Assembly (NCBI GenBank): GCA_044892505.1
Contig: CM097882.1
Location: 312,790,001-312,854,000 of the forward strand
Direction of reading: 5' to 3'
Source of the DNA: Schmidtea nova
Taxonomy: Eukaryota
Length of the DNA: 64,000 nucleotides
The notes below the pieces were generated by a model. It was not told where the DNA came from. It did no database searches and was given only the letters and a program-made list of their open reading frames with translations. Below, piece after piece: positions 1 to 7,992 of this stretch; positions within the stretch are counted from its first letter, which is position 1, and each line of letters starts with the position of its first letter. Both the position numbers and the translations under genes were made by a program.

Positions 1-1836
1 CAGAAGTATGATAAATTTGAATTTAAAAATCTGGTTCGTATTTTAACGAAAAGGGAACGCCAGAAAATCTTGAATGCCTTCCCTGCTTTAATACAACTAA
101 TTAAAAAGAAAGAATCACAGAGTAAATATTTTGAAATTAATAAATTTCTTTCGAGCAAAGATTTTAATGTGAATCACTTGAATTTAATTAATTTTGATTA
201 TTTTTTCTATAGAAATTGTAATCTTTGTGTATCTTTAAAATTGTACAACGCTCCTGTCATTTCATCAGCACCAAAACCAGTTGTTTTAAAAACTATTAAA
301 TTAATTGACCATAATATCGTCAAAATAAATTCTGAAATCCCTGACTTTGTTCGAGCTCCAATGTCAATTCGAAGATTTTTATTCAATCTTTCGCACGATC
401 TTTCAAACACTGTTTCCATCAAGGATGAGAAACACAGGGGAAATAAAATAAATAACATTCTTACTTCAATGAAACATAAACAACAATTACCAGATTATTT
501 AATAAAATCAAACATTAAATACGAAAATGGTGAGTTCCTATTATTAGATTTGACTAACGATAAAATCAAATTGAACGACGATAATAACTTGATAAAATCA
601 AATTTTTCTGAACTTACTAGAAGTCAGATTAAAAATCTTTACTATTCTTATCCTTCTCTTAAGGAAGTTTGTTTCGTTGAAAATCTTGAAACAAGATCAT
701 CATCCGTTAGTAAAATTATCGAATCTTTAAAGTTAATTAATGAATTTCCAAAAAATATCATTTTTAAAGAGGGTAAATTTTATCAGTCTGATAAAAGAAC
801 AATCTCACCTAGTAGTTCTCCTGACATAATGTTCAACCTTGGTCTTTTTAATTTAGCTAGTATGAGTAGAAAAGATTGTGAATTAAAATCCATTTTAGAG
901 AAGACTGGTTGTGACTTTAAAATAGTTGAAATAATATTCTACCTCAACTATTTAGGCTTGACTCAATCTTTAGAATTTTGCAAAAATCAAACTTATTCTG
1001 ATTATGTGAGGAATTACGTCTGCAATTGCTGCTTGATAAACTCACTCTGTAGTATTGCTGATGTTGATTCGCTTTCATCTGATGATTTTGAGGGTTGGGC
1101 GACCGAAATTGTTCAGAAAATCCCAGTTTCTTCCTATTACTTCAATAGCTGCCAGGAAAAGCTTTTAAAGCTGAAGCAATGGGACATTTCAACTAAAATC
1201 AAAAGAATCCATAACGTTATTTCACCTGAAATAATATCTTATTTAAATAACTTTCTTGACTCTGTAGACGTAAAATTTCCATCTAAGTCTCAACAACATA
1301 ATATTCTAATTAAATTAATGAAAGCTATCAATGACATTAAAATTTTTGATGACATACACGGAAATAAAGCAAAAAGACTTGTTTACTTTTTGCTAAGAGA
1401 TGCCAAGAAATATTTGAATAAAAATCAACGATTCAGATTATTTGAATCGAGCAATAAATATTGCACTTTAGAGATGGAGAATATAATTTCAGTAATAATT
1501 GAGAACCTTACCAAAGTTACTGACCATGAAGTTACTACTCCTGAAATCACAGTTGAAGAAACGCCAATTGAAATAACTTGTGATCCTGAACCTATCGTCT
1601 TGATTAAGGAAATAAACTGTTTAAAATGTAACAATATCATCGAAAAATGTATTCTTGTTAGAGATGGAACAAACGTCAACATCTGTGAAAGCTGTCTATT
1701 TGACGCAATTACCTTTGAAAAGCCGATTCCTGAAGCTACTAATTCGGATATCGAAGAAAATATAGAAACAAATTGTAAGAAATCTTGTCCAAGACCTAGA
1801 AAAACAGACAAGAAAACATCAACCAAAGCAAAATGA
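1..1836 (+). CDS. ORF1 protein, copy 1 (5'-partial; frame open from base 1, equals aa 267-877 of full copies)
   Basis: Collinear with 8791-10626 of copy 2; the ORF-track start at 70 is only an internal TTG; ends in TGA. Confidence 0.88.
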   Translation, partial: QKYDKFEFKNLVRILTKRERQKILNAFPALIQLIKKKESQSKYFEINKFLSSKDFNVNHLNLINFDYFFYRNCNLCVSLKLYNAPVISSAPKPVVLKTIKLIDHNIVKINSEIPDFVRAPMSIRRFLFNLSHDLSNTVSIKDEKHRGNKINNILTSMKHKQQLPDYLIKSNIKYENGEFLLLDLTNDKIKLNDDNNLIKSNFSELTRSQIKNLYYSYPSLKEVCFVENLETRSSSVSKIIESLKLINEFPKNIIFKEGKFYQSDKRTISPSSSPDIMFNLGLFNLASMSRKDCELKSILEKTGCDFKIVEIIFYLNYLGLTQSLEFCKNQTYSDYVRNYVCNCCLINSLCSIADVDSLSSDDFEGWATEIVQKIPVSSYYFNSCQEKLLKLKQWDISTKIKRIHNVISPEIISYLNNFLDSVDVKFPSKSQQHNILIKLMKAINDIKIFDDIHGNKAKRLVYFLLRDAKKYLNKNQRFRLFESSNKYCTLEMENIISVIIENLTKVTDHEVTTPEITVEETPIEITCDPEPIVLIKEINCLKCNNIIEKCILVRDGTNVNICESCLFDAITFEKPIPEATNSDIEENIETNCKKSCPRPRKTDKKTSTKAK

Positions 1837-1841
1837 AGATG

Positions 1842-1902
1842 TGTGCCTGCATCAGCTCAATCGTCTGCCATTCCCTCTAATGAGACTGATGCAGAGAGCA
1901 CA
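1842..1902 (+). promoter_or_regulatory. Predicted RNA stem-loop 5 nt downstream of the ORF1 UGA (candidate readthrough stimulator); present in all 8 copies
   Basis: TGTGC/GCACA (1842-46/1898-1902), CTGCATCAG/CTGATGCAG (1847-55/1886-94) and CTCA/TGAG (1856-59/1881-84) give 18 bp with a 21-nt loop. Also at 10632, 19940, 27982, 36619, 44999, 52873, 60747. Confidence 0.6.
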
Positions 1903-4900
1903 ACTAAAAATAATATTTCAACTATCGACAATCGTGATCCTGAAGTGTGGTTTTCTGATAATGATATTGATTGGTATCTTGAAAACCACATTGATAATCC
2001 AATGCATGGATATATTAAATGCTTTATAGTAAATATCATCTGTTCTAACATCACAGAAGATATTGTTGAAATTCCACCATCTATTAGCAATGCTGAAATT
2101 GTATTTTGTCCACTCAACATTAACAATTCGCACTGGATTCTTTTTGTTTATAGTAAGAAAATGTTATCTTCTTACTTTATTGACCCAATCCTTGCAAACA
2201 GACAAAAGCCAATCAATAAACAAATGGCTCAGAGAATTAACCTAAAACTGAATAGATTTTTTAATCTAAATATATCTGTGTCCCGACATCCACACAAACA
2301 TCTTGAATATCAAAATAACAGCTTTGATTGTGGCCCATTTACGTGTGCTTATGCTGTGATTATCAGTAAAGATTTGAACAGCTTTCCAAATGGGTTCATA
2401 GAGAAAATTCGTACCAGTGTGCATGAAAATCAAAATCGTATGCAAATAACCGAATCCACCTTATTCGCTGGTACTAACTCCAAGATGGACATGACCAAAA
2501 TAAATATCAAGAAAGCCCTTGCAAAAAAGAAAGTCATCACCAACACCTCAGATATGACCAAAGTATTGAACACTCAAAAACCGTGTGTGTCATCAATAAT
2601 TAGTAAATATTACGAAAGTAATTCTAAAATAACAGTCTTATCTGCCGAACTAACTTTAAACCTAATTGCACAAAATACCTCCTTCATAGCTGATAATGTC
2701 ACTTTCAAGCAGTTCAAAGGAATCGATCATGTTATAAGTATCATTCCTAAATTTAACGATTGGTGTCTCTTTGTCTATTCGAATAAACTTGACAGGAGCT
2801 ACATGTTCGACTTCAATTATCGAAACATTGATGAAAGGCTAATTGAAATTGGTGAAAAGATAACTGAATATCTGAATCAATTCACTCTTGTTTCTAAAAT
2901 AAAATTCACACCTCATCATAGAATTTCTCATCCAACATTTCATTCTTACGATGATCAATATTTTGCAAGTTCTTTTATTGTATTTTTTGAGAAACTTGTC
3001 TTTGAAAGAATACTGGACAATGATAAGGTTTATGACTCATTAAGTGCTCTAAAATATCAGTCTTGTAAAGATCTTTCTCCTAGCCTAAGTTTCATTAATG
3101 GTAAAATATCCGACAAAATTATTGAGGAATATTTTGCTAGCCTAAACTTATCGACCAAATATATTCTTCTAAACACAACAATGTGTACTGCGCTTTCAGA
3201 TGATTGCACTGAATACTTGAAAGACTTTGTAAACATTGAGTGCATGATGAAGGCTACTATAATCTTTGTAATCATTTCTCCTCCAAGAGCCAACGACTTG
3301 CTCATGGTTATTGATTACGACGCTGATGAGCACTATTTATTAAGCCCAGTCACTAATGACTTGTTCGTTATGACTGAAGGATTCTGCTATAAATTACTAA
3401 TTAAAATTAATGAGATTAGAGAGAGCACAGGACGTTCCTTGAAATCGCGTAATTGTCGACATGACGTTAAAGGTTCTGGCTTATTTAGTAGGTTATTAAT
3501 CTGTGCCTTTATTAAATATTATGCATTTGACCGATCTCTAGAAAATATCAATCTTCATGAAATTGGCAAAATTATCTACTCACTTGTGCCATTGGTTGAT
3601 AAAAATGATAATGCTGAGGAAGAAAGACGACTAAAATCAAAAGCTGTAAACTCTTTAAAACTAAATTTAAAACAGCGAATAGAAAAAGCCAATAATCTTA
3701 TAATTTCACTTGAACACGCCAGTATTGATGAAATCATAAGTGGCATTCTTTCAAATATTCCTCGTCTTAAAGATTTGAACACCGATCACATTCGTACACC
3801 ATATTTAGGTACTAAAATAGAAAAAGCTAGAAAATTCAAAAATTCCACTGAATTTCTGTCAAACATGAAAAAGACTGTGTATAGGATTTTGGGTAACAAC
3901 ACAGAATCAATTGCCCCTCCTTATCAGGAAATTATTGACACTTTCAGTCATCCTGATACATTACCTAGAAATTGGGAAAACATCTTAAAATTCACTAAGA
4001 GTTCTAAATATAGTCTTGAATTAAATCCAATGACACCTAAAGAAATCCTTTCAAGTCTTTGCAAAGCTGACAACACTTCTCCAGGTCTTGATAATGTTTG
4101 TTATAAAGATCTTTTGTTATTAGACCCTGAATGTAAATTGCTAGCTTTTCTGTACAATAAAATCCTAAAATTAGACATTATTCCTACAAGTTGGAAATCA
4201 TTTAAAACCATACTAATCCCCAAACCAGATAAAAATGGCCAATATCATAAAATATATTCTTGGCGACCAATTGCCTTATTATCTGTCATTTACAAAGTCT
4301 TCGCTTCAGTTTTGGCAAATCGTCTAAGCTTATGGATAAGAAATAATTCCATGTTACACATTGGCCAAAAGGGTGGTTCGGAGTACGAAGGATGTATTGA
4401 ACACAACTCTATTCTTTCTGCTATCGTCGAACATTCAAAATACAGCAAGTCTTCACCTTTAACGATAGCTTGGCTAGACATCAAAGATGCCTTCGGAAGT
4501 GTTCCACATGACTACATGTGGACACTGTTAAAACACATAAATGTTAGTGATAGGTTTGTAGGAATTTTAAAACTGCTCTATACTGATACAAGCTCGTTTT
4601 ATTGTTGCAATAAAATGCAGACACCGGATATTCCAATAAAGAAAGGAGTTAAACAAGGTTGTCCGATCTCAATGATATTGTTTGCAATAGCTATTAACCC
4701 AGTACTTGAGTCTATTAATCTATCAAACGTTAATCCTTTTACGATTGGAACATCTCCGGTACAGGTGTTGGCTTATGCGGATGATATCGCACTTATCGCG
4801 ACAAATACCTCTGATCTGCAAATACTCATAAACGTTGCTGTAAACACCGCTAAAACAATTGGATTTGAATATCGTCCAGAAAAGTGCGCTTATATGCAAT

Positions 4901-6453
4901 ACCCTAAAATAGAAACTGTAAGCGAGATTTCTGTCAACAACGTTCTTATAAAAAAGATTGCAACAAATGAATTTTACCAATACTTGGGAGTACCAATAGG
5001 TGACAATAATGATCAAAGTCCCTATGAAATTCTAAGCAAAGTAATTGAAGACACAAAGAAAATAGCAAATTCTGATCTTTACGGCTGGCAAAAACTTAAA
5101 GCGTATAAGGTCTTTCTGCATTCTCGCTTGATTTTTCCATTTAGAACTAGGGAAATCAAAACAAGTTCTTTAGCTGATTCGAGTAAAAATTCAAAATTAA
5201 ATGTAAATAATACGAGTATTTTGAGGAGTCATCTTAGAAAAATATTGCACTTGCCACACTACTCTGAGATTAGCTATTTTTATAATTCTACTGAAAACGG
5301 CGGTGCAGGCTGCATAGACTTACTTGACGAGTATCATACACAGACAATCGTGTACTTTTTCCGTTTGTTAACATCAACGTGCGAATATTCGAAAAAGATA
5401 AATACTGACTCGCTTTTATTTGTCACAAGTCCGAGACTCGGAATCAAAAATCCAGTTCTTAAACAAAGTTTAGAATGGATAAATGGAAAAGAGAGCAAGA
5501 AAAACAACAGTGGTTGCAAAACTCGATTTTATCGGTTGCGATCATCCATTGCTTACTTTTCTAAAGTTCACAACATTAAATTGTTATTTGAAACAGTGAA
5601 AGGGAATCCTTCTATCCGTATAACCACTACACTTAAGGGAACACGTATATTATTACCAACATTAAGAAAAGCCTTGTCAATGATTTTACATTCAGCTCTC
5701 CAGGATTCGTATCTCGAGAAATGGGAGAATAGCAATCATAATAATCTGCTTGTATCTGCGATTAAACTCTGTCCACTTGTCAACAAGCTTATTTTCCGCA
5801 GTGATTTGACAGAATTTGAATGGAGATTCGTCCATCGAGCAAGAACGAATACATTATCAATATTTGCGAAGCCATATAAAACTGGCGAAAATCGTCTTTG
5901 TCGTAGATGTAAGCTTGAAGACGAGACTTTATCACACGTTCTTCAAACTTGTAAAATGAACAAATCTTTGGCAACTAGTCGACATAACGCTTGCTTAGAA
6001 AAAATAAAAAGCGAGTTGAAAGATCCAAACTTGTTAGTTGTTGCGGATCATAAATGTTCCCTAGTACCGACATCAACTGAACGCGTTGATTTAATAATAA
6101 CCAATAATGATAAAAAGACCATATTATTGGTAGACATGAAATGCCCAATCGATTCGGTGCCCAACTTTGACTTGGCTGATAAAAAAAACATAGAAAAGTA
6201 TGATAAACTAAAATCAGAAATTAAAATAGCCAAACCCGATTATAAAGTTGAGTTGTTTACCTGCATCATAGGCTCATTAGGATCCATTGAAATTAAAACA
6301 CCTGATCTTTTAGTAAAAATGGGAGTAAAAGAAAATAAAGTAAAACGTCTGATGAAAGAGTGTGCAATTAGCAATATTGCGCACTCGGCCAAAATTTGGT
6401 ACTTTCATACCAATGGCTTTCTTCCAGATAATATAAGACAAACTTGTAAATAA
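1843..6453 (+). CDS. ORF2 polyprotein: Ulp1/C48-like protease + 2 degenerate repeats + reverse transcriptase + CCHC zinc knuckle + restriction-like endonuclease (copy 1)
   Basis: Protease motifs WFSDNDIDWYL, NSHWIL (H97), FIDP (D114), QNNSFDCG (C163). RT motifs SPGLDN, WRPIALL, LDIKDAFGSVPH, GVKQGCPIS, YADD (4774-4785), YLGV. CRRC-x8-H-x4-C at 5899-5952, then RHN and RVD...VDMK. Track start is GTG; the frame is open from 1837, in frame with ORF1. Confidence 0.95.
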   Translation: MPASAQSSAIPSNETDAESTTKNNISTIDNRDPEVWFSDNDIDWYLENHIDNPMHGYIKCFIVNIICSNITEDIVEIPPSISNAEIVFCPLNINNSHWILFVYSKKMLSSYFIDPILANRQKPINKQMAQRINLKLNRFFNLNISVSRHPHKHLEYQNNSFDCGPFTCAYAVIISKDLNSFPNGFIEKIRTSVHENQNRMQITESTLFAGTNSKMDMTKINIKKALAKKKVITNTSDMTKVLNTQKPCVSSIISKYYESNSKITVLSAELTLNLIAQNTSFIADNVTFKQFKGIDHVISIIPKFNDWCLFVYSNKLDRSYMFDFNYRNIDERLIEIGEKITEYLNQFTLVSKIKFTPHHRISHPTFHSYDDQYFASSFIVFFEKLVFERILDNDKVYDSLSALKYQSCKDLSPSLSFINGKISDKIIEEYFASLNLSTKYILLNTTMCTALSDDCTEYLKDFVNIECMMKATIIFVIISPPRANDLLMVIDYDADEHYLLSPVTNDLFVMTEGFCYKLLIKINEIRESTGRSLKSRNCRHDVKGSGLFSRLLICAFIKYYAFDRSLENINLHEIGKIIYSLVPLVDKNDNAEEERRLKSKAVNSLKLNLKQRIEKANNLIISLEHASIDEIISGILSNIPRLKDLNTDHIRTPYLGTKIEKARKFKNSTEFLSNMKKTVYRILGNNTESIAPPYQEIIDTFSHPDTLPRNWENILKFTKSSKYSLELNPMTPKEILSSLCKADNTSPGLDNVCYKDLLLLDPECKLLAFLYNKILKLDIIPTSWKSFKTILIPKPDKNGQYHKIYSWRPIALLSVIYKVFASVLANRLSLWIRNNSMLHIGQKGGSEYEGCIEHNSILSAIVEHSKYSKSSPLTIAWLDIKDAFGSVPHDYMWTLLKHINVSDRFVGILKLLYTDTSSFYCCNKMQTPDIPIKKGVKQGCPISMILFAIAINPVLESINLSNVNPFTIGTSPVQVLAYADDIALIATNTSDLQILINVAVNTAKTIGFEYRPEKCAYMQYPKIETVSEISVNNVLIKKIATNEFYQYLGVPIGDNNDQSPYEILSKVIEDTKKIANSDLYGWQKLKAYKVFLHSRLIFPFRTREIKTSSLADSSKNSKLNVNNTSILRSHLRKILHLPHYSEISYFYNSTENGGAGCIDLLDEYHTQTIVYFFRLLTSTCEYSKKINTDSLLFVTSPRLGIKNPVLKQSLEWINGKESKKNNSGCKTRFYRLRSSIAYFSKVHNIKLLFETVKGNPSIRITTTLKGTRILLPTLRKALSMILHSALQDSYLEKWENSNHNNLLVSAIKLCPLVNKLIFRSDLTEFEWRFVHRARTNTLSIFAKPYKTGENRLCRRCKLEDETLSHVLQTCKMNKSLATSRHNACLEKIKSELKDPNLLVVADHKCSLVPTSTERVDLIITNNDKKTILLVDMKCPIDSVPNFDLADKKNIEKYDKLKSEIKIAKPDYKVELFTCIIGSLGSIEIKTPDLLVKMGVKENKVKRLMKECAISNIAHSAKIWYFHTNGFLPDNIRQTCK

Positions 6454-6458
6454 ATAAT

Positions 6459-6472
6459 TATATATATATATA
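6459..6472 (+). repeat. (TA)n microsatellite at start of element 3' UTR
   Basis: (TA)7 here; 7,7,8,6,6,6 units in copies 2-7. Confidence 0.8.
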
Positions 6473-6807
6473 AATATTTGCTTTTTAAACTCTGTAAATA
6501 AAATTTAAAGTAAATATTTTGTAAAGTAATTTTTGTATTAAATATCAAATCTTTTTAATCTGATAAATTGTCTTTGAGAGTTATTAAATTGGGAGACCAA
6601 GTATTCTGCAACGTATGTCACTTATTCTAGACTTATCAACTTCAAAAGAATACAGTCGCAAAGCTGGATGACGAAATCCAAAGAACCAGAAACTTCCATT
6701 CAGATTGAACAATTATATTTTGACTGTGATTGTTTAGGCACTAATCCATGTTGATTAGATAATCTGTAAAAAAATATGTCAAACTTGTTATATTTAATAA
6801 ATGTTTA

Positions 6808-6862
6808 TTATCACGTCTGCCTAACACGCAGAAGGTCCCCTGTTCGATCCCGGGTCGAACCA
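6808..6862 (+). pseudogene. 3' fragment (nt 19-73) of tRNA-Val(AAC) split by copy 1
   Basis: Starts TTATCACG directly after the element end; lacks A box; carries G52T at 6841. Confidence 0.9.
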
Positions 6863-7042
6863 AATTTTTCTCAATTCATTATTTGACTTTTATTATATTT
6901 GCAACTCTTTTTTTAATTCATAACGCAATTTTGTTGTTGAATTCTCTACTTTGTACATAAATTTTATTCAAGTGAATTCAGTACATTTTGTCAAGGTAAT
7001 TCGAAAATCAAACATGCACAACAATTGTTAGTTGAAACTGTC

Positions 7043-7115
7043 GGTTCGATGGTGTAGCGGTTATCACGTCTGCCTAACACGCAGAAGGTCCCCGGTTCGA
7101 TCCCGGGTCGAACCA
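7043..7115 (+). tRNA. tRNA-Val(AAC)
   Basis: 73 nt; acceptor stem GGTTCGA/TCGAACC, anticodon arm TCTGC-CTAACAC-GCAGA, T arm CCCGG-TTCGATC-CCGGG; A and B boxes present. AAC anticodon (I34) is a eukaryotic type. Confidence 0.96.
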
Positions 7116-7117
7116 AA

Positions 7118-7122
7118 TTTTT
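7118..7122 (+). terminator. RNA polymerase III terminator (T5), repeated after every tRNA unit
   Basis: TTTTT begins 3 nt after discriminator A73 in each unit. Confidence 0.75.
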
Positions 7123-7295
7123 CTCAATTCATTATTTGACTTTTATTATATTTGCAACTCTTTTTTTAATTCATAACGCAATTTTGTTGTTGAATTCTCT
7201 ACTTTGTACATAAATTTTATTCAAGTGAATTCAGTACATTTTGTCAAGGTAATTCGAAAATCAAACATGCACAACAATTGTTAGTTGAAACTGTC

Positions 7296-7357
7296 GGTTC
7301 GATGGTGGTGTCTGCCTAACACGCAGAAGGTCCCCGGTTCGATCCCGGGTCGAACCA
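7296..7357 (+). pseudogene. tRNA-Val(AAC) with D-arm deletion
   Basis: nt 13-26 (TAGCGGTTATCACG) replaced by GTG, net -11 bp; next unit starts 242 bp later instead of 253. Confidence 0.88.
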
Positions 7358-7537
7358 AATTTTTCTCAATTCATTATTTGACTTTTATTATATTTGCAAC
7401 TCTTTTTTTAATTCATAACGCAATTTTGTTGTTGAATTCTCTACTTTGTACATAAATTTTATTCAAGTGAATTCAGTACATTTTGTCAAGGTAATTCGAA
7501 AATCAAACATGCACAACAATTGTTAGTTGAAACTGTC

Positions 7538-7610
7538 GGTTCGATGGTGTAGCGGTTATCACGTCTGCCTAACACGCAGAAGGTCCCCGGTTCGATCCCG
7601 GGTCGAACCA
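7538..7610 (+). tRNA. tRNA-Val(AAC)
   Basis: Identical to 7043-7115. Confidence 0.96.
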
Positions 7611-7790
7611 AATTTTTCTCAATTCATTATTTGACTTTTATTATATTTGCAACTCTTTTTTTAATTCATAACGCAATTTTGTTGTTGAATTCTCTACTTT
7701 GTACATAAATTTTATTCAAGTGAATTCAGTACATTTTGTCAAGGTAATTCGAAAATCAAACATGCACAACAATTGTTAGTTGAAACTGTC

Positions 7791-7863
7791 GGTTCGATGG
7801 TGTAGCGGTTATCACGTCTGCCTAACACGCAGAAGGTCCCCGGTTCGATCCCGGGTCGAACCA
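7791..7863 (+). tRNA. tRNA-Val(AAC)
   Basis: Identical to 7043-7115. Confidence 0.96.
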
Positions 7864-7992
7864 AATTTTTCTCAATTCATTATTTGACTTTTATTATATT
7901 TGCAACTCTTTTTTTAATTCATAACGCAATTTTGTTGTTGAATTCTCTACTTTGTACATAAATTTTATTCAAGTGAATTCTTTCAAGGTTCG

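Larger units (their letters stand above)
1..6807 (+). mobile_element. Site-specific non-LTR retrotransposon (R2 superfamily, NeSL/R5-like), copy 1, 5' part outside window
   Basis: Partial ORF1, ORF2 with protease-RT-CCHC-RLE, and a 354-bp 3' UTR ending ...AATAAATGTTTA joined to tRNA-Val nt 19 at 6808. Confidence 0.93.
6808..7980 (+). repeat. tRNA-Val tandem array segment 1 (253-bp unit)
   Basis: Unit starts at 6790 (virtual), 7043, 7296, 7538, 7791; near-identical 180-bp spacers. Confidence 0.95.

Noticed and set aside
1834-1836. UGA reassignment (Trp/Cys genetic code) or selenocysteine
   Set aside because: No other in-frame TGA in ~2400 codons of AT-rich coding DNA; Trp is TGG; the context is a low-complexity linker rather than a redox motif; no SECIS recognised
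1833-1880. ATG overlapping the ORF1 stop (ATGA) as stop-restart signal for ORF2
   Set aside because: It opens only a 15-codon ORF (MKMCACISSIVCHSL) in a different frame from ORF2
4030-4995. Bacterial RT (group II intron, retron, DGR)
   Set aside because: C-terminal CCHC + RLE, Ulp1-like protease, TSD and eukaryotic Pol III tRNA context identify a non-LTR retrotransposon
6663-6679. CTGGATGA-C-GAAA in 3' UTR as hammerhead ribozyme core
   Set aside because: Does not match CUGANGA and leaves no room for stem II
7018-7034. Palindrome AACAATTGTT upstream of each tRNA
   Set aside because: Short AT-rich palindrome in homogenised spacer; no evidence of function
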